Below are positions 52,812-62,478 of a DNA stretch of 64,000 nucleotides, in pieces (the first letter of the stretch is position 1; the number at the start of each line of letters is the position of its first letter). Made by a program: the position numbers and the translations under genes. The DNA lies in NCBI GenBank assembly GCA_964607485.1, contig CAZSKP010000008.1, positions 1 through 64,000 of the forward strand. Direction: 5' to 3'. The notes beneath the pieces were generated by a model that was given only the letters and a program-made list of their open reading frames with translations, did not search any database and was not told the origin of the DNA. Source of the stretch: an uncultured bacterium. GTDB taxonomy: Bacteria; Abyssobacteria; SURF-5.

Positions 52812-52853
52812 TTGTATTTTCTTCTTGACAGAATACAAAGCCTAGTGTATAAT
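52811..52853 (+). promoter_or_regulatory. Perfect consensus promoter with overlapping operator-like inverted repeat
   Basis: TTGACA (52825-52830)-17-TATAAT (52848-52853); TTTGTATT-13-AATACAAA straddles the -35. Confidence 0.75.
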
Positions 52854-52882
52854 TCTTTTCAGGGCATTTAGAGGTAAACCGG

Positions 52883-53131
52883 ATGGGGCAAAAAAAGAAA
52901 GAGGAAATTCTAAGGGCCGACACGCTGGCGATTAAGATTCGGCAGTGGAAGCTGGGCGTGACGAACCGCGAGATCGCGTGGGCGATGGGAGTGACCGAGC
53001 AGTTTGTCGGCCAGATAATAAACGGGAGTAATAGCTCGAAGGATCGTCGCATAGAGAGGTACCTGGCGCGGAGGCTGAACGCGCCGGTTGAGAAGCTGTT
53101 CCCTCGTTGCCGCTCTAGCCAGGCCGCATGA
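52883..53131 (+). CDS. Cro/Ner-like small HTH protein
   Basis: GVTNREIAWAMGVTEQFVGQIING..IERYLARRLNAPVEKLFP; divergent from the repressor. Confidence 0.75.
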   Translation: MGQKKKEEILRADTLAIKIRQWKLGVTNREIAWAMGVTEQFVGQIINGSNSSKDRRIERYLARRLNAPVEKLFPRCRSSQAA

Positions 53132-53279
53132 GGGGGCGGCTCCTTCCTTTTATAGTTGGGAGCTGGTAAGGCTTTAACGAAATTATAAACGACAGAGACA
53201 TCGATGTCAATTATGGAATCAGCGGGGAGATGGTAATGATGTAATGAAATATTTACAACTAATTGCTAGGAGGGTGGTT

Positions 53280-53528
53280 ATGAGAAGCGAAAGAGTAATT
53301 GTGAGGGCTTATGGCAATAGTCCCGTAGTTTGCCGCATATGGGATGAGGATGTTAGAGGTTTCTATGTTACAAATGACGAGCAGTACGAATTGCTCATGG
53401 CCGGGAAAGAAGCCATTCCGCCCATTGGAATTCCGAAGGAAGATGTATTTAAGTATGATACATCACTGAAAAATTGTACAAAAAACGGAGTGTGTGATTG
53501 GGGAAATCTAACTCTAATGAAGTTGTAA
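53280..53528 (+). CDS. Hypothetical protein (AT-rich)
   Basis: AGGAGG RBS, 82-aa ORF, no recognisable domain. Confidence 0.5.
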   Translation: MRSERVIVRAYGNSPVVCRIWDEDVRGFYVTNDEQYELLMAGKEAIPPIGIPKEDVFKYDTSLKNCTKNGVCDWGNLTLMKL

Positions 53529-53537
53529 CATCGCCAT

Positions 53538-53646
53538 CTATGTTTTATCCTTTTGCTTCCATCTGGCTTTTGCGGCCTTACGGGCTATCTCTTTGCGCTT
53601 CTTGGCGGAGAGCTTCTTCGCCCTTGCCTTGCCGCCCTTTAATCCA
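53538..53646 (-). pseudogene. 5'-truncated small basic protein (GGKARA...KAAKARW family)
   Basis: GLKGGKARAKKLSAKKRKEIARKAAKARW; the N-terminus is replaced by the REP half at the insertion boundary. Confidence 0.6.
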
Positions 53647-53691
53647 CGAACCGCCCCTACAAGAACCGCCGAGAACAGGGTTAACAAGGCT

Positions 53692-56600
53692 CTAGGAGTT
53701 TCCGACGGGCAGGCTGATCTCGACCGTGGTGCCTTCGTTAACTGCGCTCTTAATGCTGAAACCGCCGTTGTGTGCGTCGACGATTTTCTTGCAGATGTGA
53801 ATGCCCAGCCCCGTTCCGGATGTCTTGGTGGTGAAGAACGGCTCCTTGATTCGCTCCAGACCTTCCGCATCTATTCCGCAGCCGGTGTCCGAGATGGAAA
53901 GGTTCAGGAGACGTGCGCCGTCGCTCTCGACAAACTTGGAGCGTATCCAGAGGTCCCCTCCGTCGGGCATCGCCTCCACGGCGTTCGCTATGAGATTCAC
54001 GAGAGCCCGGGTCATCTTGGGAGCATCCACGAAAAATTCGCCGTCTTCCCGTTCCAACTCCAGACGGATGTTCGTTTTGTGAAGCCTGTGAGACAGGGAA
54101 TGCAATGCCTGTTCGACGATATCCCGAATCGCCCACGTGGAGCATTGCAGTTTGACCGGTCTCGAATATTCGAGCAGGTCTTCGACTATTCGGTTCAGCG
54201 AGTTGATGCCGTAATCGACTTCTTCCAGAAGCTCCCCCGTGCCCTTGTCTCCCTTTGTTCCTTTGCGAACCGCGTCGATTCCCATGCGAATGTTCTGGAG
54301 GGGATTCCGGATTTCGTGCGCCACGACCGACACCATCTGCCCGATGGATGCAAGACTCTCGGCCTGCTTGAGTTCCTGCACCTTCTTCTTTACCTCCCGA
54401 TCCAGATTCTCGGAGAGGCCGCGATATTTGGCTTCTGAACTGCGCAGTGCACCCAGATACAGGCTGTTTTGCAGAGCGATAGACGCGTGGTCGGCGAAGG
54501 CCGATGCCAGGCGAACATCATCGTCGGTGAAGCCGCCGGGCTTGTTGGCCAGTCCCATGAGGCCGACAGCGTTGCCGTTTAGGATGAGCGGCGCGAACAT
54601 CACGTTGTCCAACCGCGCGTGGCCTGGAGGCAGAAACGCGACCCACTCGGAGTCGGCGAAGTTATTATCATACACCGGTCTGCCCGAGCGGTACGCCTCG
54701 GCCCTGAGCCCGCGGACGGGCATGGGGATCTTCGGGTCAACTGAGCACGGCAAGTCTCCCGATTCGAGAAAGATAACTTCGTTCCGCGTTCCGTCTCTGC
54801 TCAAGAGGGCGACATATCCGGCGGTGGCTCCGATCAGATTCCTGCACGAATTGAATATTGCCTGCGCTGCCTTTTTGAAACTTTGGCGTTCCAAAACGGC
54901 GTGCGAGCTCTCCAGCAGCGCCTCGGTCTCGGCGGAGTGTCGCCGCGATTCATCAAGCGCATCGCGCACCTTTTCATTGGCCTGCTTTCGCTCGGTGATG
55001 TCGGTCATCACGCCGACCACCCGCCGCACGCGTCCGCTCTCGTCGCGTTCAACTGCATGAGAGTAGCCCTCAACCCAAAACCAATGGCCCTTCTTGTGTC
55101 GGAGGCGCACCTCGACATGATAGCCCGGAGATCTGCCCTCAATGAAGTCTTCGTAGGTGCGCTTTAGGAGGTCGAGGTCCTCTGGATGAACACGCTCATA
55201 GAGCCAGTCCAGGAAACGATCGTGCGGGGGCAGTTCGTTGCGGTTATACCCGAGCAACTCGGCCCAACGCTCATCATGGTAGGTCGATTCGTCGAGCGGT
55301 ACCCGGTGGTCGTATATCGCGCCGCCGGATGCGTCAAGCGCCGTTCTCAGCCGTTCTCTGCTCTCGCGCACCTTTTCTTCGGCCTGCTTTCGCTCCGTGA
55401 TGTCAATGCAGATGCCGGACATGCGTTGCGGCTTCCCATCGCTGTCGTATATCGTGTCCCCCAGGGCATTGACCCATCGTAGTTCACCGGATGGAAGCAC
55501 TATTCTAAATTCATTCGCGAGAGGCGTACCGTTGGCAATGGCCTCCTCGATCCTTTTCTCGGCAAGTACTCTATCGTCGGGATACATTATGCTTCGCCAG
55601 GAGTCAAAGCTGGCCTCGGTTTTTTGGGGGTCCAGGCCATAGAGATGGAACAGTTCTTCAGACCATTCAAGCTTGTCGGCAGACATATCCCAAACCCACA
55701 TGCCGGCTCCCGCCGAGACTTGAGCGAGTCTAAGGCGCGCTTCACTCTCTTTCAGTGCCTCCGCCGCATTCTTTCGCTCGGTGATGTCCTGCGTCGTGCC
55801 AAAACTGCCGAGCAACTCACCGTTTTTTTCGAACTCCAGCTTAGCGCGCTCGCGGACCCACTTAACAGTGTCGCCGACGACTATGCGGTGCTCGATGTCG
55901 TAGGGCTCGCCACGGAGGGCGGCCTTCCACTTCGTGTCCACATACTCCCGGTCGTCGGGATGAACTGTGCCGAGGAACGCATCATAGGTCAGCGGCGTCC
56001 CTATCGGAATCCCGAATATCCGATAGGTCTCGTCGGACCAGAGAAATTCATTCTTCTGCAAATCCAACCGCCAGCTTCCGGTATGAGCCACGGCCTGGGC
56101 GCGGTTCAGGTCCTCCCGGCTCTTGCGCAGCGCTTCCTCGAACTGCTTTCGCGCGGAAATGTCGCTGAATAGCACCGCGAATTGTCGGGGCGAGGGGCAG
56201 AAGGCAAAGACCTCATAGTCTTTATTGAGCCTGGATGAATAGTTCTCGAAGCGTACCGGCTCTCCGGTGAGCGCCACCTTTCCGTAGGTCTCGATCCAAT
56301 AAGGTTCGATATTGGGCAGCACTTCGCGGACGGTCCTGCCGATCACGTCGCTCCGCTTCAGGCCCGTGAGACGCTCGAAGGCCGGATTCACCTCGAGGAA
56401 CCGGTAATCGCACGGCTCGCCTTTTTCGTCGCAGATGATCTCGTGGAACGCAAAGCCTTCGTTCATCCGGCTGAACAGCAACTGAAACTGCCCCTCGCGC
56501 TCGAGCACGCGTTGCTCGAGGATTTCATTGATGTTGCGGAGTGTCTCCTCGGCCTGCTTTTGCTCGGTGATGTCGATGCCCATCTCGAGGATGAGCGTGG

Positions 56601-57945
56601 AGCCGTCGGTATCGATAAAGGGGAAGTCGTAGATGTAGTAGTTGCGGCCGTCCGGCCCGAGCCATTCCCACTCGTGGGGTTGCATGGTCTTCAGGACTGT
56701 AAAGGTCTCACATGTTTCGCAGGGCTCGGTTCGGTTGAACAGATAATCGTAACAGCATCTGCCGTGCGATTCGCCGAAGCGCTCGCGGAAGAAGCGATTG
56801 TCGAAGGGCACATGATAATCGGACGTAAGCAACACCACGTAGGCCGGCAGCGTCTCCAGCACGTCGAGGAACCGCTGGCGTTCGGCCTTCGCGGTGGCCT
56901 CGACCCGCTCGCGCTGTCTGCTGACTTCCTCTTCGGCGCGGATGCGGTCGGTCACGTCCACCAGGCACAGGAGCGCTCCCTCCACCTTTTCCGACGCGTC
57001 CTTTACCGGAATCAGGCTCCAGTCCCAGTGCGACACGCCCCGCTCGGGGTGCTCCGCGTACTCGAAGGGCTTCGCATAGACGGAATGCGGCTCGCCCGTC
57101 TCGACGACGCGCCGGAAGATTGCCTCGTTCTCCTTGTTGGGAAACAGGGCGAAGTGATTCTTGCCGATGAAGAAGTCCGGGTTGCGCTCATCCGCTTTGG
57201 CGTACGCGTCGTTCACCCGGATGAAGTTGAAATCGGTGTCCATGTATGCGATCAACACGTGGGTGTCCGAGAATATCTTCTCAAGGAGCTCGTTTGAATC
57301 CCGCAGTTCGCCGGTGCGCTGTTTCACCAGTTCCTCGAGGTGGTGGCGGTGTCTGTCCAGTTCCTCCCCGATCTTCTTGCGCTCGCTGATGTCGCGGATA
57401 AGGAACCGGAGCCCCGTCGGCTTGCCGTCCCGGTCGCGCACACGGGCCACGGTGATGGAAGCATAGAAGAGCTCTCCATCTCTCGGCTGCAGGACGGCCT
57501 GCCAGTTCTCCACCCGGTCGCTCTCCGTCAGTTGAGCCAGTTGAGGGTGCCAGTTTTTGCGCTCCCCCTCGGCGAGATAGAGAAAGAACGGTTTGCCCGC
57601 GAGGAACTGCTGCGAGACGTTGAGCATGGCCGCGGCGGCGCAATTTGCCTCGCGGATGACCCCCTTGGCGTCGGTCACGATGTAGCCGTCGGGCGCCAGG
57701 TCGAACAGGTCCAGGTAGCGTTTGTGCTCGGCCTCGACGGCCTGATTGGCGGCGGCCAGCTCCTCGTTCTGCTGGCGCAATTCCTCATCTGCCACCTGCA
57801 GTTCTTCGAGAGTGGTGACCAATTCCTCGAGCACGTCGGACATGAGCTCGTCGCGATTGTCGGAACCTTCGGCAGCGCGCTGATGGAGCTCAGTCAGCCG
57901 CTGCTGGAGGTGTTCGATTTGATGGTTGGGTGCAGGCTCTTTCAT
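53692..57945 (-). CDS. Cytoplasmic multi-PAS/GAF histidine kinase (1417 aa)
   Basis: N-terminal EEL coiled coil, several PAS/PAC units (DITERK), GAF, AHEIRNPL and GTGLG. Confidence 0.93.
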   Translation of the reverse strand: MKEPAPNHQIEHLQQRLTELHQRAAEGSDNRDELMSDVLEELVTTLEELQVADEELRQQNEELAAANQAVEAEHKRYLDLFDLAPDGYIVTDAKGVIREANCAAAAMLNVSQQFLAGKPFFLYLAEGERKNWHPQLAQLTESDRVENWQAVLQPRDGELFYASITVARVRDRDGKPTGLRFLIRDISERKKIGEELDRHRHHLEELVKQRTGELRDSNELLEKIFSDTHVLIAYMDTDFNFIRVNDAYAKADERNPDFFIGKNHFALFPNKENEAIFRRVVETGEPHSVYAKPFEYAEHPERGVSHWDWSLIPVKDASEKVEGALLCLVDVTDRIRAEEEVSRQRERVEATAKAERQRFLDVLETLPAYVVLLTSDYHVPFDNRFFRERFGESHGRCCYDYLFNRTEPCETCETFTVLKTMQPHEWEWLGPDGRNYYIYDFPFIDTDGSTLILEMGIDITEQKQAEETLRNINEILEQRVLEREGQFQLLFSRMNEGFAFHEIICDEKGEPCDYRFLEVNPAFERLTGLKRSDVIGRTVREVLPNIEPYWIETYGKVALTGEPVRFENYSSRLNKDYEVFAFCPSPRQFAVLFSDISARKQFEEALRKSREDLNRAQAVAHTGSWRLDLQKNEFLWSDETYRIFGIPIGTPLTYDAFLGTVHPDDREYVDTKWKAALRGEPYDIEHRIVVGDTVKWVRERAKLEFEKNGELLGSFGTTQDITERKNAAEALKESEARLRLAQVSAGAGMWVWDMSADKLEWSEELFHLYGLDPQKTEASFDSWRSIMYPDDRVLAEKRIEEAIANGTPLANEFRIVLPSGELRWVNALGDTIYDSDGKPQRMSGICIDITERKQAEEKVRESRERLRTALDASGGAIYDHRVPLDESTYHDERWAELLGYNRNELPPHDRFLDWLYERVHPEDLDLLKRTYEDFIEGRSPGYHVEVRLRHKKGHWFWVEGYSHAVERDESGRVRRVVGVMTDITERKQANEKVRDALDESRRHSAETEALLESSHAVLERQSFKKAAQAIFNSCRNLIGATAGYVALLSRDGTRNEVIFLESGDLPCSVDPKIPMPVRGLRAEAYRSGRPVYDNNFADSEWVAFLPPGHARLDNVMFAPLILNGNAVGLMGLANKPGGFTDDDVRLASAFADHASIALQNSLYLGALRSSEAKYRGLSENLDREVKKKVQELKQAESLASIGQMVSVVAHEIRNPLQNIRMGIDAVRKGTKGDKGTGELLEEVDYGINSLNRIVEDLLEYSRPVKLQCSTWAIRDIVEQALHSLSHRLHKTNIRLELEREDGEFFVDAPKMTRALVNLIANAVEAMPDGGDLWIRSKFVESDGARLLNLSISDTGCGIDAEGLERIKEPFFTTKTSGTGLGIHICKKIVDAHNGGFSIKSAVNEGTTVEISLPVGNS

Positions 57946-58050
57946 GGTGTTTCCCCATGTTTCCCCGCCTTCAGAAAAAAAATGCTACATCTTTACTACG
58001 TTACTCATGCCAAGACGCCAAGAGATTTATCAGGCTCAAGGCAGAATGTT

Positions 58051-58119
58051 AACCACCAAGACACCAAGGCACAAAGAGAATTTCTTCTTGTTCCTTGGTG
58101 TCTTTGTGTCTTGGTGGTT
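58051..58119. repeat. Complete periodic palindromic repeat
   Basis: AACCACCAAGACACCAAGGCACAAAG / CTTGGTGTCTTTGTGTCTTGGTGGTT; an extra half copy lies at about 58004-58022. Confidence 0.82.
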
Positions 58120-58206
58120 CAAAATTATGTGTTCTTTCGTTCTCGGTTTTGAGCGCATGGCAATGCCTCCCTACACTGTCTTGCTAACAGTTGCGACGGC
58201 GTGCTC

Positions 58207-60060
58207 TCACAGTTCTTCCATCAGTACGATGACTCCCTGTATTTCTTTCTCCGTACCGATCAGCGGCGTGCATGTAACCCCACACCGTATGGACTTTCCG
58301 CGACGGTTGGTGGCGTCGAGTTGTAATTCCTCCACTTCGACCTTGCCGTTGAGGATCGCGCGAATGGGCCCCTTGAGCTCGTTCACGGGAAGCCCGATGT
58401 CAAGGTTCAGCAAGAATTGGTCCTTGACCTCGTCGGCCCGCAGTCCCCACAGGTCGTTGCTTTTCGTGTTCCACCTGAGGATTTTGATGTCGCTGTCCAC
58501 GACGACCACCCCAATGCGGAGGCCCGTGAGAATGGACTCCAGGAACGAGTTTGTCTGGTTGAGCAAATCGCTTCGCTCATTCAATTCGTCGTTGATGGTC
58601 CGCAGTTGCTCGTTTGTGGCCTGGAGCTCCTCATTCATCGTCTCCATCTCTTCGTTGGTGGACTGCAGCTCCTCGTTGGTCGTCTCGAGTTCTTCGTTCG
58701 ACGATTGGAGCTCCTCGTTGGTGGTTTCCAGTTCCTCATTGGCCGACTGGAGCTCCTCATTAGCGGTCTCCAGCTCCTGGTTGGCGTGACCGAGGTCTCG
58801 CTCCAGTTGCTTGCAGCGTGTCTCGTCGGTAAACGTGATGGACACGCCGAGCGTGCTGCTCTGGTTGTCGAAGAGAGGCAGCACGTGGACATTCAGATAC
58901 TGCACCTTCCCGTCCGGCAAGGGTCGTTCGACATCGTGGAGAAGCACGGCCTTTCCGTCGGCATAGGCCTGCTCGATGGACTTGCGGAGCTCGATCGGTT
59001 CGTATGAGATTCTCAATTCGTGGAACGGACGACCGAGATCCCTCGTATCCACATCCAGGAGGGACCTGGCCTCGTTGTTGGCCGACGTGAGAACGCCGTC
59101 CATGTCCACCACGAGCTGCGCCGCGGGCGTCGTCTCGAAGGCCGCCTCACGCAGGTGCAAGCCCCGGGTCATTTGTGTGCCGGCTTCCGCGTTCCCGATC
59201 TGCGCCATGAGAAGCGCATGGTTTCTGAGGGGCACTCGTGCCACCTTCTGAAAGATGCGATGCTTCAGGTTCACCGGCATGAAGAGCCGTGCGCGCGTGA
59301 GCATCGTCTCGGCTTTACCGAGGAAGAGGACACCGTTGTCGTTCAGGGCGAAGTGAAACCGTGCCAGGATTCTGTTCTGTATCTCGGAGTTGAAATACAT
59401 TAAGGTGTTGCGGCACACGAGCAAATCGAGATGCGAGATGGGGGCGTTCTGTACGGCATCGTTGGTGCCGAAGATGACCGAGCGGCGCAGGTCGGGCGAA
59501 AAAGCGAACCGGTCTCCCACCTGTTTGAAATACTTCTTCCTCAGCTTGTCAGGAACGGATTCAAGGTCGGCGTCGCGATAATGAGCGTGGCGGGCCTGGT
59601 CCAGCGCCTCTTCGTCAACGTCGGTGGCGTAAATCTTCACTCGCTTGCGGAACTCGTCTTTTCCCAGCGCCTCGGCAAGCACGATGGCCACGGTATAGGC
59701 TTCCTCGCCCGAGGCACAGCCGACGCTCCATGCCCGGATGGGTTCGTTCGAGGATTTCTCGTCCACTATGCTCGGTATTACCTCTTCCGCGAGGCAGTTC
59801 CAGGCCTCGGGGTCCCGGAAAAATTTGGTGACGTTTATCAGGATAGTGTTGAACAGTTGGATGAACTCCTCGGGCTCGACCTCGAGGTAATCCTTGTAAT
59901 CGGAGACCCCGTCCACGTTGACGGTCTGCATCCGTTTGGTTATCCTGCGGATGAGGCTGCTGCGTTTGTAGCCGGTGAAGTCGAACCCGCGCGACTCGCG
60001 TATGAATTCCAAAAGGGCCTCGAGTTCCTGGTTCTTTTCGGAACTCTGCTTCGCAGTCAT
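58207..60060 (-). CDS. cheR: CheR-type methyltransferase with PAS domains and an NEELQS coiled coil
   Basis: DFTGYKRSSL.RRI, INVTKFFRD, WSVGCASGEEAY, IYATDVD and CRNTLMYF. Confidence 0.9.
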   Translation of the reverse strand: MTAKQSSEKNQELEALLEFIRESRGFDFTGYKRSSLIRRITKRMQTVNVDGVSDYKDYLEVEPEEFIQLFNTILINVTKFFRDPEAWNCLAEEVIPSIVDEKSSNEPIRAWSVGCASGEEAYTVAIVLAEALGKDEFRKRVKIYATDVDEEALDQARHAHYRDADLESVPDKLRKKYFKQVGDRFAFSPDLRRSVIFGTNDAVQNAPISHLDLLVCRNTLMYFNSEIQNRILARFHFALNDNGVLFLGKAETMLTRARLFMPVNLKHRIFQKVARVPLRNHALLMAQIGNAEAGTQMTRGLHLREAAFETTPAAQLVVDMDGVLTSANNEARSLLDVDTRDLGRPFHELRISYEPIELRKSIEQAYADGKAVLLHDVERPLPDGKVQYLNVHVLPLFDNQSSTLGVSITFTDETRCKQLERDLGHANQELETANEELQSANEELETTNEELQSSNEELETTNEELQSTNEEMETMNEELQATNEQLRTINDELNERSDLLNQTNSFLESILTGLRIGVVVVDSDIKILRWNTKSNDLWGLRADEVKDQFLLNLDIGLPVNELKGPIRAILNGKVEVEELQLDATNRRGKSIRCGVTCTPLIGTEKEIQGVIVLMEEL

Positions 60061-60683
60061 ACGGTTTCTCCTTTCATCACCAGCGTCACCAGGGCGAGCG
60101 GAATCTCTTTCAGTGAAAGAACAAAATCGACGTTTCCAGTCTGGATGGCCGCATTGGGCATACCGAAGAATTCCGAGGATTGCTCGTCCTGAACGATTAC
60201 GGTGCCTTCCATCTTCTTGATGGCCTGGACGCCCATCGAACCGTCGCTGCCCGTTCCGGTGAGAACGACTGCGATGGCCCGTTCCTTGTGGCTCGCGGCC
60301 ACCGACTCGAACAACAGGTCGGCCGACGGGCGAACGAAATGTACCAGTTCCGACTGGGTGAGTGAGAGGGTGTCGTCGGAGTTCACGAGGAGGTGACGAT
60401 TCGGCGGCGCGATATAGACCGTGCCCGGCCTCAGACTGTCGCCATTCTCAGCCTGCTTGACCTTCAGAGACGTGTGCCGACTGAGGATGTCGGCCATCAG
60501 GCTGCGGTGGCGGGGGTCGAGATGCTGCACCACGACGAGGGCGGCGGGAAAATCCTCTGGCAATGACGAAAGGATTTGGTCCAGAGCCTTCAGGCCGCCG
60601 GCAGAGGACGCGATGGCCACGATGTCGAACGCCTCGCTGACGAAACGCGACCTCCTCTGCTCCTCTTCACGGTCTCTCTTCAC
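60057..60683 (-). CDS. cheB: Stand-alone CheB methylesterase domain
   Basis: ASSAGG, VQHL, RPSADLLF and LTGTGSDG; no REC domain. Confidence 0.92.
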   Translation of the reverse strand: MKRDREEEQRRSRFVSEAFDIVAIASSAGGLKALDQILSSLPEDFPAALVVVQHLDPRHRSLMADILSRHTSLKVKQAENGDSLRPGTVYIAPPNRHLLVNSDDTLSLTQSELVHFVRPSADLLFESVAASHKERAIAVVLTGTGSDGSMGVQAIKKMEGTVIVQDEQSSEFFGMPNAAIQTGNVDFVLSLKEIPLALVTLVMKGETV

Positions 60684-61012
60684 GCTTCATGCACCACCCG
60701 GACCGCAGGCATACATCACCACTTACGAAAATATTATGCAGGGCAGTTTGCAGGCGCCCAGATCCCGTTCCATATAGTTTATCACAAAAGGTTACGGATT
60801 AACAATGGTTCAGGCACAATCGACCCTTTTTCTCTCTTTTTTTTCGACCCGTTTGATGTGATTATGCCGCCGCGAGGCTGATAAAACCTGTTGACAACCC
60901 CCTGAGCGCTGGGGTAGTCTTAGGAGACCGGACCAATCCTCCCAGCCCGGTCCGGCACACCGTGTCCTCCCGGCAAGGAATATGTCTCTGGCTATTTTGA
61001 AGGGAAATCGTC

Positions 61013-62011
61013 ATGAAAATAGTTGCTTACGTTGACACCGGCCTGATGGAAGTCCGCGAAATCCCGACGCCCGAGCCGAAGGATGATGAGGTTCTCGTGA
61101 AGGTCGCCTATTGCGGCGTGTGCGGTTCGGACATCCATCAGGTTCAGTATGGAATGGAGGAACCCGACAACATCATGATGGGCCATGAGGCCAGCGGCGT
61201 GGTGGCCGCGGTCGGAAAGAAGGTCGAGCGGTGGCGCGAGGGCGACCGGGTCATATTCGATCGCTCGCTCCCGTGCGGCCAATGCTGGTACTGCATGAAC
61301 AAGCTGCCCGACATGTGCAGGAACAAACGATCGGCGAGCAACGGCGGCTACGCCGAGTATGCCACATGCTCGCCCCACCACCTCTACCCGCTCCCCGACG
61401 ACGTGTCGCTCAAGGCGGCGGCGCTGTGGAACCCGCTGACCAACGCCATTCACGCGGTGCAGTTGTCACTGCAAAAGCTGTCGGATTTCGCCGTGGTCAT
61501 GGGGACCGGCCCGATCGGCCTCTTCACGATAGCCGCCGCCAGGCGGGCGGGAGCCTTCCCGGTACTCGCGACCGAGGTGTTGCCGAAGAGGGCCGAGGCC
61601 GCGCGCAAGCTGGGCGCGCAGTATGTGCTCAATCCTCTCGAGGACGACGTGTTGACCGCCTGCACCGACATCAAGAAGGTGGGCGCCGACGTGGTGTACG
61701 AATGCGCCGGAGGGGCCGAGACGCTGCAGGAGGCCATCCGCTACGCCCGCTGCGGGGGACAGGTTGTGCTCGTGGGCATTCACATGGAATTCTTCCAGTT
61801 CAACACGATACTCTGGATTACGAAGGAGATAAACATCCAGGCCGCCTTCGGATTCACCGACCAGTTGCCCATCGCCGTCGAGATGCTCCGCGACGGAACC
61901 ATAAACGAGGAGGACATCATCACGAGCGTCATCTCACTGGAGCAATTGCCCGAAACCATGAAGACCCTCTTCGGCCCGAACGAAGAGATCAAGGTCGTCG
62001 TGAAACCATAG
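61013..62011 (+). CDS. Zinc-dependent medium-chain dehydrogenase
   Basis: CGVCGSDIH, GHEASG, CGQCWYC..C and GTGPIG. Confidence 0.92.
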   Translation: MKIVAYVDTGLMEVREIPTPEPKDDEVLVKVAYCGVCGSDIHQVQYGMEEPDNIMMGHEASGVVAAVGKKVERWREGDRVIFDRSLPCGQCWYCMNKLPDMCRNKRSASNGGYAEYATCSPHHLYPLPDDVSLKAAALWNPLTNAIHAVQLSLQKLSDFAVVMGTGPIGLFTIAAARRAGAFPVLATEVLPKRAEAARKLGAQYVLNPLEDDVLTACTDIKKVGADVVYECAGGAETLQEAIRYARCGGQVVLVGIHMEFFQFNTILWITKEINIQAAFGFTDQLPIAVEMLRDGTINEEDIITSVISLEQLPETMKTLFGPNEEIKVVVKP

Positions 62012-62035
62012 CCGCGAGGCCGTTCTCATATTTCT

Positions 62036-62183
62036 GCGGGGGCGGTTCGCGAGCCGCGCCTACAGCCGTTGTAGACGACGTACGATTTGACCAACCAGCC
62101 GAGCCCGTGACGGGCTCCGTTCCTTCTCGCTGTCTTGTACAACCGCCTCATCTAACCGTAGGAGCGCAGCATGCTGCGCCCGT
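62036..62183. repeat. Degenerate GTAG-type REP palindromes
   Basis: GGGGCGGTTCGCGAGCCGCGCCTAC (ending 62063) and GTAGGAGCGCAGCATGCTGCGCCC (from 62158). Confidence 0.6.
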
Positions 62184-62244
62184 CCGAAAAAAGTCGATAT
62201 CCAAGAGCAAAGTTGACAGAGCACTAAAATTCGTAGGTTCGTCT

Positions 62245-62360
62245 CGTCATTGCGAGGAGCAAAGAGCTGCAAGCTCCGGCGACGAAGCAATCCCGATGAC
62301 AAGCGAGAAACGCCTCCGAGATTGCTTCGGTTGAGTCAGTGACTCTCCCTCGCAATGACG
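62245..62360. repeat. CGTCATTGCGAG...CTCGCAATGACG composite palindrome
   Basis: 13-bp outer arms and inner arms CGAAGCAATC / GATTGCTTCG. Confidence 0.85.
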
Positions 62361-62478
62361 CCGAATTTCCTAGCCGCCGGCGATAAAAGTGTTAGAGTAC
62401 AATACGGCGTGACCAATTCCCGCATGACGAGAGTTTATTTCACCTCGCCTTACGGCGGAAACATATCGAGGGTATGAA

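Larger units (their letters stand above)
51520..53646. mobile_element. Phage-like insertion (repressor/cro-ner remnant) inside a GTAG REP
   Basis: TG...CA termini flanked by a CGAACC direct repeat (51514-51519 and 53647-53652). Removing it restores GTAGGGGCGGTTCGCGAACCGCCCCTAC. Confidence 0.65.

Noticed and set aside
58590-58790. 21-bp tandem DNA repeat
   Set aside because: Coding heptad repeat (NEELQS/NEELET) inside cheR, not an independent element.
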